In this document: positions 27,680 through 41,203 of the stretch, in pieces
Numbering within the stretch: position 1 is the first letter of the stretch
Layout: each line of letters opens with the position of its first letter
Assembly (NCBI GenBank): GCA_951406725.2
Contig: OX597815.1
Span: 108,748,001-108,812,000 of the forward strand
DNA: 64,000 bases
Source: Octopus vulgaris
Taxonomy: Eukaryota
Direction of reading: 5' to 3'
Made by a program: the position numbers and the translations under genes
Notes under the pieces: generated by a model
The model's input: only the letters and a program-made list of their open reading frames with translations
The model's database searches: none
What the model was told of the DNA's origin: nothing

Positions 27680-28362
27680 AAATTTTTTTTTTCAGAATGA
27701 TATAAAAAAAAACAAGTCAGTGAAGAATTTAGAACATTTATAAGTAGAAGGTCTTACAGCTGTTTCTGGGATATTTTATATATCCCTTAATTGCAGATGG
27801 TGTGAGAAAATCGTTAAGCAATAGTTAATTTAGATAAAATATGAAATAGAGAGTGAAGAGGAAGAATGAAAATAGATGTGAGACATGCAGGGATATTGCA
27901 TTTGTAGATCTATTATTTAGGTAGAATGGTATACATATAAGATTCTAATACCTTGTGAGTAAATTCCAATAGTATTTAAAATTGGTCATTCCAAGTATAG
28001 AGTTTGTAAACAGTGCTATTGAATCGAGGGTTTATTTAAAGTGACCTAAAAGTAGGGAATGTATTTGTAAGGTCAAATCGAAAACAGGAAGAGAGAAATA
28101 AAGAAAAAAGAAAAGCAAAGAGAGATATAGTAAAGAGATGAAGAGAGGGAAAGTGTACCAGTTAGTGGTCAGTCAAGATAAATTGATAGTAGAAATGGGA
28201 GAGGTGAGGGTGATAGAGAAAGATATGAGAGTGTAAAAAGATGATAGGGTAGAGAGTAAAGGAGTGTCAGATAGAAGGAATAAAGGTAATAGAGAGAGAG
28301 AGGTATATTAGTGTAAAAAGAAAAGGAGTGTCAGGTATGAAGTGATAGAGCCTAAGTGATGG

Positions 28363-28399
<37 letters not shown>

Positions 28400-29370
28400 G
28401 GGGTAGTGATATGGTGGAATGAAGAATTTGGGAATATAAATTAGGTTGGTTGGACAGATTAATGCTTAGTAGTAGAAGAAAATATATATGTGAAGATGTA
28501 TACAGATGCATATATTAAACATGTTTATATATATTTTATACAGATATTTATACATATCAACATCTACATATATAGCTCGTACTCATATCTATATGTACAT
28601 ATGTATACCTATATATACGTGTATCTGCATGTATTATCACACCTGCACACGCAGGTATATATTCCTTGCATACATACATATATTCACACATACACGCATA
28701 CACATACACATATATACACATGCACATATCTATGCACACATATACACACAAATATAATTAGATGGTTGCGATTTTCGAGTATGAAAGGCCTATTTATAAA
28801 TGTTCTAAATTCTTCACAGTCTTGGCTTTTTTTATCTCATTCTGAAAATTTTTTTTTTATATACACAGGCTGATATATGACCTACAATGGACTCCTTATT
28901 CGCTTAATCACCAAACCTGGAGCTTAACCTTAGTCTGTCCATAGCACTTACTCAGCATTACCTGACACCTTTGGGTCTTTTTGGCAACATTACCTTTCAT
29001 AACCTCCATTTCTCGCTATTATAAGCACTTATCTCAGGTAAAGCTTCAGTAATGGATAAACAATTCCTTGGCATTTCTCTTAAGGATACAGCTATTCCTT
29101 CACAAAAGATTTTCCTCTTACTCCTCCTCACCAAAACTAAGGACCTCATCCAAAGAATGAGATGGAAGGCTTTCTTCCATGACAATCAAAAATGCAGAAA
29201 TACCAACAGCTACAACCACAAATCATATAAGAACCCTCCACACAACCCCCATCTCAAAAAATTTGAAGCAGATATGTTTAATTTAATTAGAAACATAAAA
29301 GTCTCCAAATACAAATCCCCCTTTCAAAAAAAGCTCTCAAACACCATAAAACTTCACCATACATTTTCCA
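27680..29370 (+). mobile_element. Penelope-like element 5' region: inverted pLTR (27680-~28480, minus), partial pLTR (28793-28858), leader and ORF N-terminus (29052-~29370)
   Basis: 27680-27745 is the inverse of 28793-28858. ORF MDKQFLGISLKDTAIPS...LIQRMRWKAFF...FEADMFNLIRNIK...FQKKL resembles N-termini of Neptune-type PLE ORFs. Confidence 0.7.
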
Positions 29371-29375
29371 AGCAA

Positions 29376-29995
29376 TCACTCAACATTCAGTGCAATACCA
29401 AACAGGTTCGTACATTCCATAATCCAAGAATGTGGGATCGTATCGTATGCCTTACAATAATCGATCCATGACATAGCTAAGTTAGTTTTCCTCATCTTGC
29501 AGTCTCTAAGTACAGTTTTGTTTACCAGGAGGTGATCTTTGCTACTTCTGCACTTATGCTTGCAACCCTTCTCCTCATGTGGTAGGACTCCATTTTTTGG
29601 CTCTGCGACTATTTCAGTCAATAATTTCCGCATAAGTAGCAAGCAGGATGTCGGGCTGTATTTGTCTACCTTATTATCTTTTTTGATGTTTTAAAAGCAC
29701 AGCATTGTCCTACCCATTGTCAGCCACTCTAGTGTTACTTGGTCAGCATTGAACAAGATGTTGAGTTGTGCAGCTATTTGTGGAGGACATTCACCAAATC
29801 TTTTAATCTAGTAGCCTTGAAATCTATCTGGTCCCGGGGCCTTCCAGTTGCCAATTTTTTTGCTGGTTTCCTTCACTATACTAACTGAAATGACTAGTTC
29901 TGTCTGTTGTGGATAGGCTACTGTTTGTTACAGTTCTTGCAACCATTAAGCCTCCTTCTTGTGCTCCTTGTCTTTGCTCCAGATTTCACTCCAAA
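29376..29995 (-). mobile_element. R4/Dong-like reverse transcriptase fragment
   Basis: NWKAPGPD...EEKGC...KDHLLVNK...NLAMSWIDYCKAYDTIPHSWI. Confidence 0.85.
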
Positions 29996-30536
29996 AGTTA
30001 AAGAAGTGATTTTAAATTCTCAAACGCAGGATAATGCTAATAATATAGCCTGAACAGGATAAGCTACCCCTATTTTGTAGAAAAAAGTGTTGGCGGCCGG
30101 CTATGAAACTACGCTTAAAACCTATATCCATTTGTACATTACATATGAGTTTGTATGACCAAGGGTGTTTGCAAGAAGGTATGTGGGTATACAAGTATAC
30201 ACATGAGTGTTTAGATGAGGTTTAATCTCATGAATAAGAAATACATTATCAGTCAGTAGTTAATATTTTACATGTAAAGCAACATTATATAAACAACATT
30301 TCTATTTACAAATGTTTTATATTGTTTATATTAAAAATTTTAGAAAACATTACCTACTGATTCATAATTTGTCTCTAGCTGTGGTGTTAACTGTCAACTA
30401 AATATTAAAGCAAGATGTGATATAATGCTATGCTAAAAATTTGTTAGAACTGGTATACATGTGCACAAATTTCATAAAATTAGTTTGTGATGTATATATG
30501 TGTGTGTGTGTGTGTTTATATGCATGTACGTGTGTC

Positions 30537-30571
<35 letters not shown>

Positions 30572-30603
30572 TTTATTTAAAGCAGCAGAAAATTCAACAA
30601 AAC

Positions 30604-30641
30604 CTGTTACTCTGAGTTTCCCGTTGCCGTTCATCGGACAG
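30604..30641 (-). ncRNA. Minimal type I hammerhead-ribozyme-like motif in a ~78-bp insert between (TA)n tracts
   Basis: ctgt-CCGATGA-aCG(GCAA)CGg-GAAA-CTC(A)GAG-TA-acag: stems I, II and III all form, GUA site, one core substitution (U4C). Confidence 0.7.
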
Positions 30642-30646
30642 TTTTG

Positions 30647-30679
<33 letters not shown>

Positions 30680-30824
30680 AAAATGTGTTGCTGAAAATGC
30701 ACTTAAATTTCAAAAACTCGTAAATCTTTAAAATACATTTATTTACATATATACCAAACTAGTTTCAACAATATTTTTTGTTTATCAATGGTAAAAGTGT
30801 AAAATTAGAAAAACATCGTTATAA

Positions 30825-30968
30825 GTTTCAATGTTGACAAATCAAAATGTTTCAAAGTTGACAAACTGAAATGTTTCAATGTTGTTAAATTAAAATGTTT
30901 CAATATTGTTAAATTAAAATGTTTCAATGTTGTTAAATTAAAATGTTTCAATGTTGATAAATTAACAT
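30825..30968. repeat. 24-bp minisatellite, 6 copies
   Basis: Unit gtttcaatgttgttaaattaaaat with minor variants. Confidence 0.9.
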
Positions 30969-31534
30969 GTTCAAAATAGAAGGTGTAAGTTTGAAATTAA
31001 AACTGTATATCAATTTGTTAGAATGTACAAGGTTCATTAATTTCAGTGGTGGTCGACAAGTCATACCGAAAAAAAAAAAAAAAAACTGTGAAAATTGAAA
31101 TAGTAAAAAAGGGGGGAAATTACAGTTTCTCAGATCTTTAAACAGTCGCTCCCGCTTGTAATGGTATGTTTTAGGGAAAGATGTATATATAAATTTTTTC
31201 TGTGAGCGGATCTGATTTTGATTTGTTAAAAAATTGATGACGTTTTTCTTCCATCAATGTTCATTGTTTTTATAGTCTTGCAAACATTTATTTTTTACTG
31301 CATGCATATATATTCTTGGTAAATAAGAGTTAAAGTAAGTTCTTCAAATTCATGGGATACAGTTTTGCACCTAGATAGAAGAAAGTTTGCTTCAGGGCAC
31401 ATCTTTTGAAGAGAAAAGCCACATAGGTTATATGGTTTTTACTGATAACTTTTTGAATTTAAATTTATCGATAATGAAAATTATGTACTCACTCTTCCTT
31501 TCTGAGCAACCACTTCTATAGAAGGAAATTGGTT

Positions 31535-31587
<53 letters not shown>

Positions 31588-31714
31588 AAGAGAGAGATAG
31601 AAAGAAAGAGAAAGAGAGAGAGAACATATATCTTTAAGTAGTGCTGGGAAAAAATTACAATCAAATGTGCTCTCTGCTGTTATTAAAATTATTTATCTAC
31701 ATGTGTATGTATAT

Positions 31715-31985
31715 TCTTGTCTACTCTAAGCACAAGGCCCGAAAATTTGGGGAAGCAGGGCTAGTTGATTAGATCGACCCCATTACACAACTTGTACTTA
31801 ATTTATCGACCCCAAAAGGATGAAAGGCAAAGTCGACCTTGGAGGAATTTGAACATAATGAAATATTGCTAAGCATTTTGCCTGGCGAGCTAACGTTTCT
31901 TATTTCTTTATTGCCCACAAGGGGCTAAACATAAAGGGGGCTAACAATGCCTGGTGGGCTAACGTTTCTGCCAGCTCGCCACCTT
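31715..31985 (-). mobile_element. SINE family B
   Basis: atcgaccccaaaaggatgaaaggcaaagtcgac core; ctgccagctcgccacctt is the reverse complement of the head. Confidence 0.85.
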
Positions 31986-32189
31986 TATATGTGTATGTAT
32001 ATCAATAGAGGAAATTATGCTTGAATTATGTTTATAAGGAGGAATGTGTATTTTCTGTGAATGAAAATTGCTATTTTAAATCAAAAATCATAATATGAAT
32101 ATGGAAACAATATGTCGGGTCTCTGAACAGTCAGTAATGGTTTAAATGCAATAGAGGGAAAAACCAAGACACCTTTATTTTGATTTTAC

Positions 32190-32350
32190 ATCATCATCAT
32201 CATCATCGTTTAACATCCACTTTCCATGCAGGCATGGGTTGGACGAATTTGACTGAGGACTGGCAAGTTAGAAGGCTGTACCAGGCTCCAATCTGATCTG
32301 ATTCTACAGCTGGATGCTCTTCCTAATATCAACTACTCCAAGAGTGTAGA
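32190..32350 (-). mobile_element. RTE 3' tail fragment
   Basis: (cat)n-cgtttaacatccactttccatgc...ctacagctggatgc. Confidence 0.8.
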
Positions 32351-33323
32351 GCTTCAACCTCTATCTCTGTCACACCTACATATAGTGTCCTTTACAAAAA
32401 TGCTTTACATATTCCTTTAAAGAATTTCTGCATGTGTGTATGTATATGTATATAAGTATATGTCAGGTCTGGTGGAAGGGATAAAAAAACACTGTGACCA
32501 TTTGAATTCTCTATTGGCATTCACTGCATTTTGAATGTATCATTCATATGTTGTTCAGGGAAATTTTGTAAGTATTTATAAAGTGGGCCTTCTAATTGTA
32601 TTTCTTCAGTTATTTCATGTTTTTTTCATTATTTAGAGACATTAACTTTTATGTACTAAGATGAAGAATCTATACTTACTACAGAAAGACATTATTGTTG
32701 TGGAATGTCTTTTGAACAAAAAATTGGTTTTGTAAATTTAATATCTTGCATGTTGAATAATTGATGTTTCACTTATTAATAAATGCCAGGGTTACATGCT
32801 AAACATGGTTGAAATGCAGCTAAAAGAGACTCCCTTTTCTCTTGGACAAATCCCTGATACACAGGTCGTTATTTAAATTTACTTGATGTAAAAAGAGAAA
32901 AAGTAAAAACAAAAGGTTTTCTTTCATGAACTTGCAGATGAAAATGGTTCATTTATATTATGTATCCTGTCAATTTCCTGGAAATTCAAATGCTTTTATT
33001 ATAAGATAAATGCTGAATAGTTTATTAGAATTTTAACTATTTTGCATATTCTGGCATAAAATAGAGGCATGCTTGTTTCTCCACATATGATAAAGCTTTT
33101 GTGCGTAAGCAGTTAAAAATTTTACTCTTATAATAGGGGGCAAAAGAAAATATTCTTGAAGTAGCCCTTCTTTAAAGGCCTGAGTTGCAATAATTTCAGG
33201 ATATTTTAATCTATTGTGGGTTTAAGGAGTTGTAATTATTGATTTGGTAAATGGAGATGTATTTTGTTGGCTGCATGAATAACTGAAGCAAAACCTATGG
33301 ACGTTTAACTGCAATATTCATTA

Positions 33324-33474
33324 GGCGCAGGAGTAGCTGTGTGGTAAGTAGCTTGTTTACCAACCACATGGTTCCAGGTTCAGTCCCACTGTGTGGCACC
33401 TTGAGCTGACCAAAGCCTTGTGAGTAGATTTGGTAGACAGAAACTGAAAGAAGCCCGTCGAATATATGTATATG

Positions 33475-33506
<32 letters not shown>

Positions 33507-33713
33507 CATGTCTGTGTTTGTCCTTCCAACATCGTTTGACAACCAATGCTGGTGTGTTTACATCCCTGTAACTTAGCAGTTCAGCAAAAGAGACTGATAG
33601 AATAAGTACTAGGTTTACAAAGAATAAGTCCTGGGGTCAATTTGCTCAACTAAAGGCGGTGCTCCAGCATGGCCACAGTCAAATGACTGAAGCAAGTAAA
33701 AGAGTAAAAGAGT
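33324..33713 (+). mobile_element. SINE family A
   Basis: Complete head to tail with a small internal deletion. Confidence 0.9.
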
Positions 33714-36700
33714 TGCACATAAACACAAACTGTTTTGACCATTCACAGTTAATTACAATAACTGCAGACTGGAAGAGAAGCTAAACCATGTCACGTTTGG
33801 TGACGTTACTTGAGAGATGTGTGAATGTTCAGTCTGTCATAAAACCTGGAATTGTCTGGAACTCTCAGATGGCAAGAATTGAAGCACATTTCCTTAAACT
33901 GCCAAAAGCATTCTGACTGGCAAGAGTAGAGATGTATAAATAAGTCAGCTACTCTCAGTGCTCTGCAAAGGGTTCAGGCACCAAAACATATTTTCTATAG
34001 GGTACAAGAAGAACATTCTAGAAGATTAAATCATGCCAAGGCTTGACACTGATTGGTTGCTAAATAGACCATGGCTTGATACTAGTTTGGTTGCTAAATA
34101 GACCAATCACATGAGCCTATTGTGGTTTGGTTATAGTGCCTGATTGGTTACCTAGCATCTTGGTTTTGAATCACTGATACAAATCAAAATGGAATAAATG
34201 GGTAAGGAATAGGAAAACGGTTAAATACTATGCAAATATCCAGGAATAAAACATCTGAAGATAATTGGAGATTAAACTGACAGAAATGCAAAGTAGATGT
34301 AAATACTGAATCCAAAGGTTTCATCTCCAAAGATGATGTTAATAGTCAGAATAAAGTTATTAGTGAAAGAAACCTGAATCTGAAAGGTGCTAAGTGACAG
34401 ACAAATTACTAATGAAGCTGAGGAGGACAGAGCTGGATGGGGTTAAAATTTCACTTAAAGCAGTTAGACATTTATATGGCTACATTAAAGATGAAAAAAA
34501 AGGAACTATAAACACAGTATGGTACAGCGGGTAATATAGTCATCAGATAAGAGATATTTGTATGCTTTGAATTCCATTAATAAACTTGTCCTTCTATTTT
34601 AGTGTCATATTTACCTGAGCGCAATATAAGATAATGTTACATAAAAAAATCTTAGTTATTAATCTATTATATACATCTTTCACTTTCTCTTTCTTCCACC
34701 CTCTCTCTCTCTTCCACTCTCTCTCTCTCTCACACACACTCTCTCCCAATCTCTTTTTCCCACATACACTCTCTCTCTCTCTCTGTCACCCTGAGTACAT
34801 ATAAATATGCATACTGTAAATCAAATTGAAGGCTGTTTTATGTACAGTAAGTGAAAAAAGACTTACTACAAGTGCAAAATGTGATATTTTTAATAATTTC
34901 ATTTGCAGTGACACATGCACATGTGGTGAGGATGATAATAATGGTAATGGGTAACATTGCCATTTGTGGTTTTTTTTATTGCTTGTATTGTGGAGGCAAT
35001 GGTATCTGTGATCAAAGGCAAAATGATCAGAGACAACACGGGTTCAAAAAGATACCTTGTTCTCATTACAGCTGCAGCTAGTATACCTTGTGTGATAGCT
35101 GACATTAAAGACAACATCAAGATAAAGAAACTGTCCCCAAAATTCATTGTACACATGAGACATGGTCCCATCTGCATCTTGAAGAACAATAATATAAAAT
35201 GAGAACTAACATGAACCATAACAACTTATCCAGGGCACAATAGCATGGAAAGCAAACATAATATGATGATGATAATGATGATGATGATGATGAGGAGGAG
35301 GATGGTGAAGAGGAAGGAAGACAAATGAACCCTGTAGAGTATCCTTTCTTGACTCAACTTGCATTGAGGCATAATGGTGTTGTAGAGTGTTCAGCAGAGT
35401 GTTATGACCAAAAGCATTCCAACCATGACCATCCCATCTTTTGTAGTCCCATGTGGGATTACATTACCTAATTTTACCACACCATTTTATGTTTTTAAGA
35501 CAGAACATGTGATTTTGGGTAATTTCATGTGTTAGAAATAGCAGCCAAATTTCCTAATTGCACACCAATCATTCTAGAAAACAACACATTGGATAATATC
35601 CTGATGTATGAGGTAACTGCAACTGGAATGTCTTTGATTATTGGTTTGCTCATCCAGAAGTGGCATAGAGTTAAACAACAACAACAAAATGACAATGGTA
35701 ATTAATAATTAAATTACAGACAATTTCTAAATCCCACCAAAATCTTGACTCTAGTAATCTCTGTACTGAAAAGAACTACCAAAGAATGGAATTAAGAAGC
35801 ACAAAATATATTTCTTATTGACTTCTGTGTTCAGTGATTTCTATAGTAATTGATGGAAGCTAGGTTTAATGCTGTGGAGTTCCATATTTTGGCAAGATTT
35901 TTTAAGACCACAATGTTCCCGTAACACAGAAGATGCCTATTTATTGTAAATTAATTAAAACACAAAAGAAGACACTATTCATTAGAAATATTGTCATGTG
36001 AGGGTTAAGACAGTAGTGTAGGATTTTAATTAGATTTGGCAGCTATTTCTAGCAAAATGAATGACCACATAGAGGATACCTTTCTGGTTCAAACCTGTAC
36101 TGGACTTGTGAGGTGGTAACAATAGTGTTAGTTGTTGTTGTTGTTGTCATTAGTGGTGGTGTTGATAAGAGTGGTGTTAATGGTGATGGCTGTGGTTGGG
36201 GTGGTGGTGATGATATAACTATCACAATTGTTTTCTGTTGCTTTTGGTGGTAACAATATCCCTGTAAAAAGCTGTCTGTTGTTGTAGTTGTGGTTACAGT
36301 TATAGTACAAATAGTGAGAGTGGTGGTGGCAGAGCTAACGCCGGTGTTAGCGGTGGCGATGGCAGTGGTGGTGGTGGTGGTAGGAGTGGTGATAGCTGTA
36401 GTACAAGAGGGAAGCCACTGGTAATGTATCTAATTCTGTTGTTGCTGTTGTTGTTGTCCTTGTTGAGCTTTATGGTAGGAAGGTTGCATGCTGATCCAAT
36501 GACACAAGAGTGGGTTTTGTTCAGGGTGTTGTAGGGAGATGAAAATGGAGTTTTTATTATTACCTAAGAGCTACATGGCAATATAGCTGTGGTTGTGGAT
36601 GGAGGGACATTCAAACTCTCAAGAAACAGGAGATGGTTTAGCCTTTTAATGTCCATCTTAATGACTGAAACAAGGAAAAGTAAAATTAACATCCTCATCA

Positions 36701-37058
36701 TCATCATCATGATCATCATCATTTAACATCCATTTTCCATGTTGGTATCAGTTGGACAGTTTGATCAGGGGCCCCACCAGGCTCCATTGTCTGTTCTAGC
36801 ATGGTTTTTACCACTGGACGACCTTCCTAATGCTGACCACTCCGCAGAATGTACTGGGTGCTTTTCATGTGGCACAAGCACTTATATATATGGAAAGGGC
36901 TTCTTTCAGTTTCTGTCTACCAAATCCACTCACAAGACTTTGGTCAGCCCAAGGTATCAGTAGAAGACACTTGCTCAAGATGCTATGCAGTGGGACTGAA
37001 CCCAGAACCATGTAGTTAAGAAGAAAAATTTTTACTGCACACACATATATATATATAT

Positions 37059-37210
37059 AGGTGCAGGAGTGACTGTGTGGTAAGTAGCTTGCTTACCAGC
37101 CACATGGTTCTAGGTTCTGTCCCATTGCGTGGTACCTTGAGCAAGTGTCTTCTACTATAGTCTCAGGCCAACCAAAGCCTTGTTAGTGGATGTGGTAGAG
37201 ACAGAAACTG

Positions 37211-37242
<32 letters not shown>

Positions 37243-37752
37243 ATGCGTGTGTGTGTGTCATATATATATATATATCTTCCCTCTTCTCCTCTCTCTACAC
37301 TACACCATACGACTTTACACATCACATCATATATACATACACATGTCCAGACCTCTCATACGCACTAATACTCTCTCATACACACACACACACTCTTCTC
37401 ATACACACACACACACTCTATGTTGGAGCGAGGTCATTCAACCCTATTATCTCCCCTAATTTCGCTCTTGCGTCTCATGTTTGATCTTTGACTTCTGGCC
37501 GAAATCAGATCGCCATGTTGATTCGTTAGCCTCTGCACGCATATATTTTTTTTCTCTCCTTCTTTCTGTGTTTTTTCTCTGTGTATCTTTCTGTTGAAGA
37601 GCGTAGGCTCGAAACGTTAAAGACTTGTTTTATTTATATTTCCTGAGTGCCATACTAATACAATTGTTTGTTTGTATTCCACCTGCCTTCGTCTTTTGTT
37701 TATTTCTGTAAACCTGCCTTCGTCTTTTGTCTATTTTCATAAAGCTTCCCGT

Positions 37753-37788
<36 letters not shown>

Positions 37789-38016
37789 CATGTATGTATG
37801 TGTATATGTTTGTGTGTCTGTGTTTATCTGCCCAACTTCACTTGACAACCAATGCTGGCGCATTTACATCCCTGTAACTTAGCAGTTTAGCAAAAGAACC
37901 AATAGAATAAGTACTAAGCTTACAAAGAATAAGTCCTGGGGTTGATTTGTTCAACTAAAGACAGTGCTCCAGCATGACACAGTCAAATGACTGAAACAAA
38001 TAAAAGAATAAAAGAA
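37059..38016 (+). mobile_element. SINE family A split by a hammerhead-bearing insertion (37265-37755)
   Basis: Head 37059-37210, tail 37780-38016; the insert lies within the internal (TA)n. Confidence 0.8.
37586..37623 (+). ncRNA. Hammerhead-like motif, family H1
   Basis: tcttt-CTGTTGA-A-GAGC(GTAG)GCTC-GAA-ACGT-T-aaaga: 5-bp stem I, 4-bp stem II, palindromic ACGT stem III, U at core position 6. Confidence 0.6.
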
Positions 38017-38561
38017 TATATATATATATATGTATAAATTAGATTTTCTCTTATTGTTCTGTTGTAGATATATTTATGTGTCAGAATATGCATGCAGACT
38101 TCCGTATGTATGTATATGTGTGTGTGTGTGTGTGTATGCATGTATTGCCATGTATATGTGTGTAGAAGGGGAATGACCTTCTTTGTACTGGAAAATATCT
38201 TTAGCTGAACAATATTTATTAATTGATTTCCTCCTCCTCCTCCACCTCCACCACCACCACTTCGTCCTCCTCCCCTCCTCCTCTCCTCATTCTCCCCTTC
38301 CTCATTCTCCCCTCCTCTTTCTCCCCTCCTCTTTCTCCCCTCCTCTTTCTCCCCTCCTCTTTCTCCCCCTTCTCCATCTTTTATCTGTATAGTGGTTAAA
38401 TGTTGATGATGAGTTCATCTGCTTATATGCTTGTATGTGTATGCATGCGTGAGTATGTAGGTGGATAGGCAGGGAACAAGGATGAAGTTAATTGAACTAA
38501 TAGAATATGAATGTATATCAGAAATTAATGGAAAATATATTTCTATCTCTCTGTCTCTCTC

Positions 38562-38615
<54 letters not shown>

Positions 38616-38662
38616 TGTCTCTCTCTCTCTCCGTCTCTCTCTCTCCGTCTCTCTCTCTCTCT

Positions 38663-38709
<47 letters not shown>

Positions 38710-39764
38710 GGTTTGGTTGAAAGATTGAAGGATAGCAGGAGAAGAAGGATGGTTCTTAGTGCATATGAGGATGTATATATGCCTATGTGTATAACGGAAA
38801 CTCATATCAGAGAGATGATGCACACTTTATTTATATAGAAAGTAGGTACCAATATAATGTACACATTTGCCTAAGGATGCCCAAGGCTACCCAAGGTTAC
38901 CTAAGGCTGCCCAAGGTGTCATACAATGGGACTGAGCCTGGCTTGCCCTTATTAGTCATATACTATATGTGTGGATATTTATGTGATTCTCTTGGAAAGT
39001 TCATTTACACTGGTAAGGTTTTGCATAATAATGAAGGAACCATCATCTACTGTTCAGTGGAATTATTTCACTATACTGTAGCCAAGTCCATTATTGATCA
39101 ACAACCAAAGAATGTTGACAGTCAGAAAAATGGATGAACGTTTCTGTATTTTGGATTCCTTGTTCAGGATCTGATCTAAATTTTCCTGTCATCCACATAA
39201 TATTCAATCATCTTCCCTCCATTTTTTCTATTACTAAATATAGTTTACTTCTGTTTTCTTTATTGGGTAGGAGCAATTATTTATTGTTCAATGTAAAGCA
39301 TAAGATGAGAGTTCAAATCTAGTTAAAGTTTAGCATTCTGAATTCTACGTATGAAAAGGTTTTGCCTCTTTTACATTTGAACACCAAAAGTGTTCAAATA
39401 CATTTGAAAGTTTTTCCCCAAAAAGTTTGGTGCAGTCTTGTTTGGTAAGGATGACAATGATGTCTTTACAAAAAGAACACAAATTACAGAAATTTATAAT
39501 GAAATATAAATGATAATAAAAAATCAGATTACAATAACAAATATGATAATAAAAAATCAACTTACTGTAACAAGTATGATAGAAAAAAATAAAATGAGTT
39601 AAAATTTCTTAGGGTGGTAGTAAACATTTCATTGTGTGGAGGATTTAGCAAAGAACTTGATGAGAAGTTTTTTTTAAAAATCATAATTTAAAAAAATTCA
39701 ATTTATTGATATATTCACACATCTAATTAATACACTAAAATAAGAATTTAGACTCATATATATT

Positions 39765-40228
39765 CTTTTCTACTCTATGCACAAGACCCGAAATTTGGGG
39801 GAGGGATCCAGTCGATTAGATCGATCTCAGTACACAACTGGTATTTAATTTATCGACCTGCAAAGGATAAGTCGGCCTTGGCAGAATTTGAACTCAGAGC
39901 GTAAAGACAGATGAAATACCCATAAACATTTCGCCCAGCATGCTAAAGTTTCTGAAAGCTCAACACCTTTAGACTCATATATTTTAAAAAATATATAAGC
40001 AAATATATCAATCCATTCTGCCATAGGAAGAAGGCCTGAAATATTTAAAGGGAGGGGGCTAGCTGATTATATCAACCCCAGTGCTTCCACTGTTATTTAT
40101 TTCATTGATCTTGAAAGGATAAATGGCAAAAATCGATCTTGGTGGAATTTAAAATCAGAACATAAAGACAGACAAAATTTAAGCATTTCATATTGCATGC
40201 TAACAATTCTGCCAGCTTGCCACCTTAT
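39765..40228 (-). mobile_element. Two tandem SINE family B copies
   Basis: Family B head and core present at 39765-39970 and 40010-40228. Confidence 0.8.
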
Positions 40229-41162
40229 AAGCAAACATAATAATGGTCCTGTTATGCATACGTTTCTGAAATTATTCTGGCAACACAAAAAATTAGCAGG
40301 ATTCTTCATCAAGAGGGAATAGAAACTGGTGCTCAAACAAAGTGTAAATGAAGTCTTGTATAAATCAGTTACCAAAGGGTAGCAAAAAGAACTGTAAAAA
40401 TCTCATAATCTGCCACAAGCAGTTTGAGTTGTAAAAGACTTACAAAAAAGAAACAAAGCTCAAAGAACAAAACTTGATAATGGAAATTAATTTTAAATCC
40501 ACTTAAAAGAATGAGTGTAATAAAAATAATGTGCCATTAATATTCCTAGGGTATTAAAAGCTATTTCATCACTGTGCAAAGTATTTAACAAAGAACTAGA
40601 GGAAAATTTTAAAAACAATAATTTTTTAAAACTCAGAATATTGATGTATTTAAATATCTTTAACTGAAACCTAATTAGCACACTGGAAGAGGAGCTTAGA
40701 GATAGATACTAGAACAACTATAAACAGACATAATATTAAGCCCAACATCATATGTTACTGATTGTAGTTTGATGGTAAGATCAAAAATATGCCGGGGATC
40801 CTTTCCTTTTTCAAGCAGACTGGCTGTCAAATAAAACATCAGTCAGATATTGAAGTGTTATACAAATCAGTGAAGAAAAGTTTGGGGTTATTTGAAAAGA
40901 ATCATAAAAATCATGTATTCTGTCAGCATCATCATCGTCATCCTCATCATCATCGTTGTCGTCGTTGTCGTCATAACCATTATCATCATTTAACATCTGT
41001 TTTTCCTGTTGGCATGAATTGAACTGTTTGACAGGAGTTGGCAAGCTGGAGAGCTGCACAACATTCCAATTGTCTGTTGCCTTGGCATGGCTTTTACAGC
41101 TGGATACCTTTCCTAACACTAACCAGAGTATTCTGAGTGCATCATTAAACATATATTAAATA

Positions 41163-41203
<41 letters not shown>

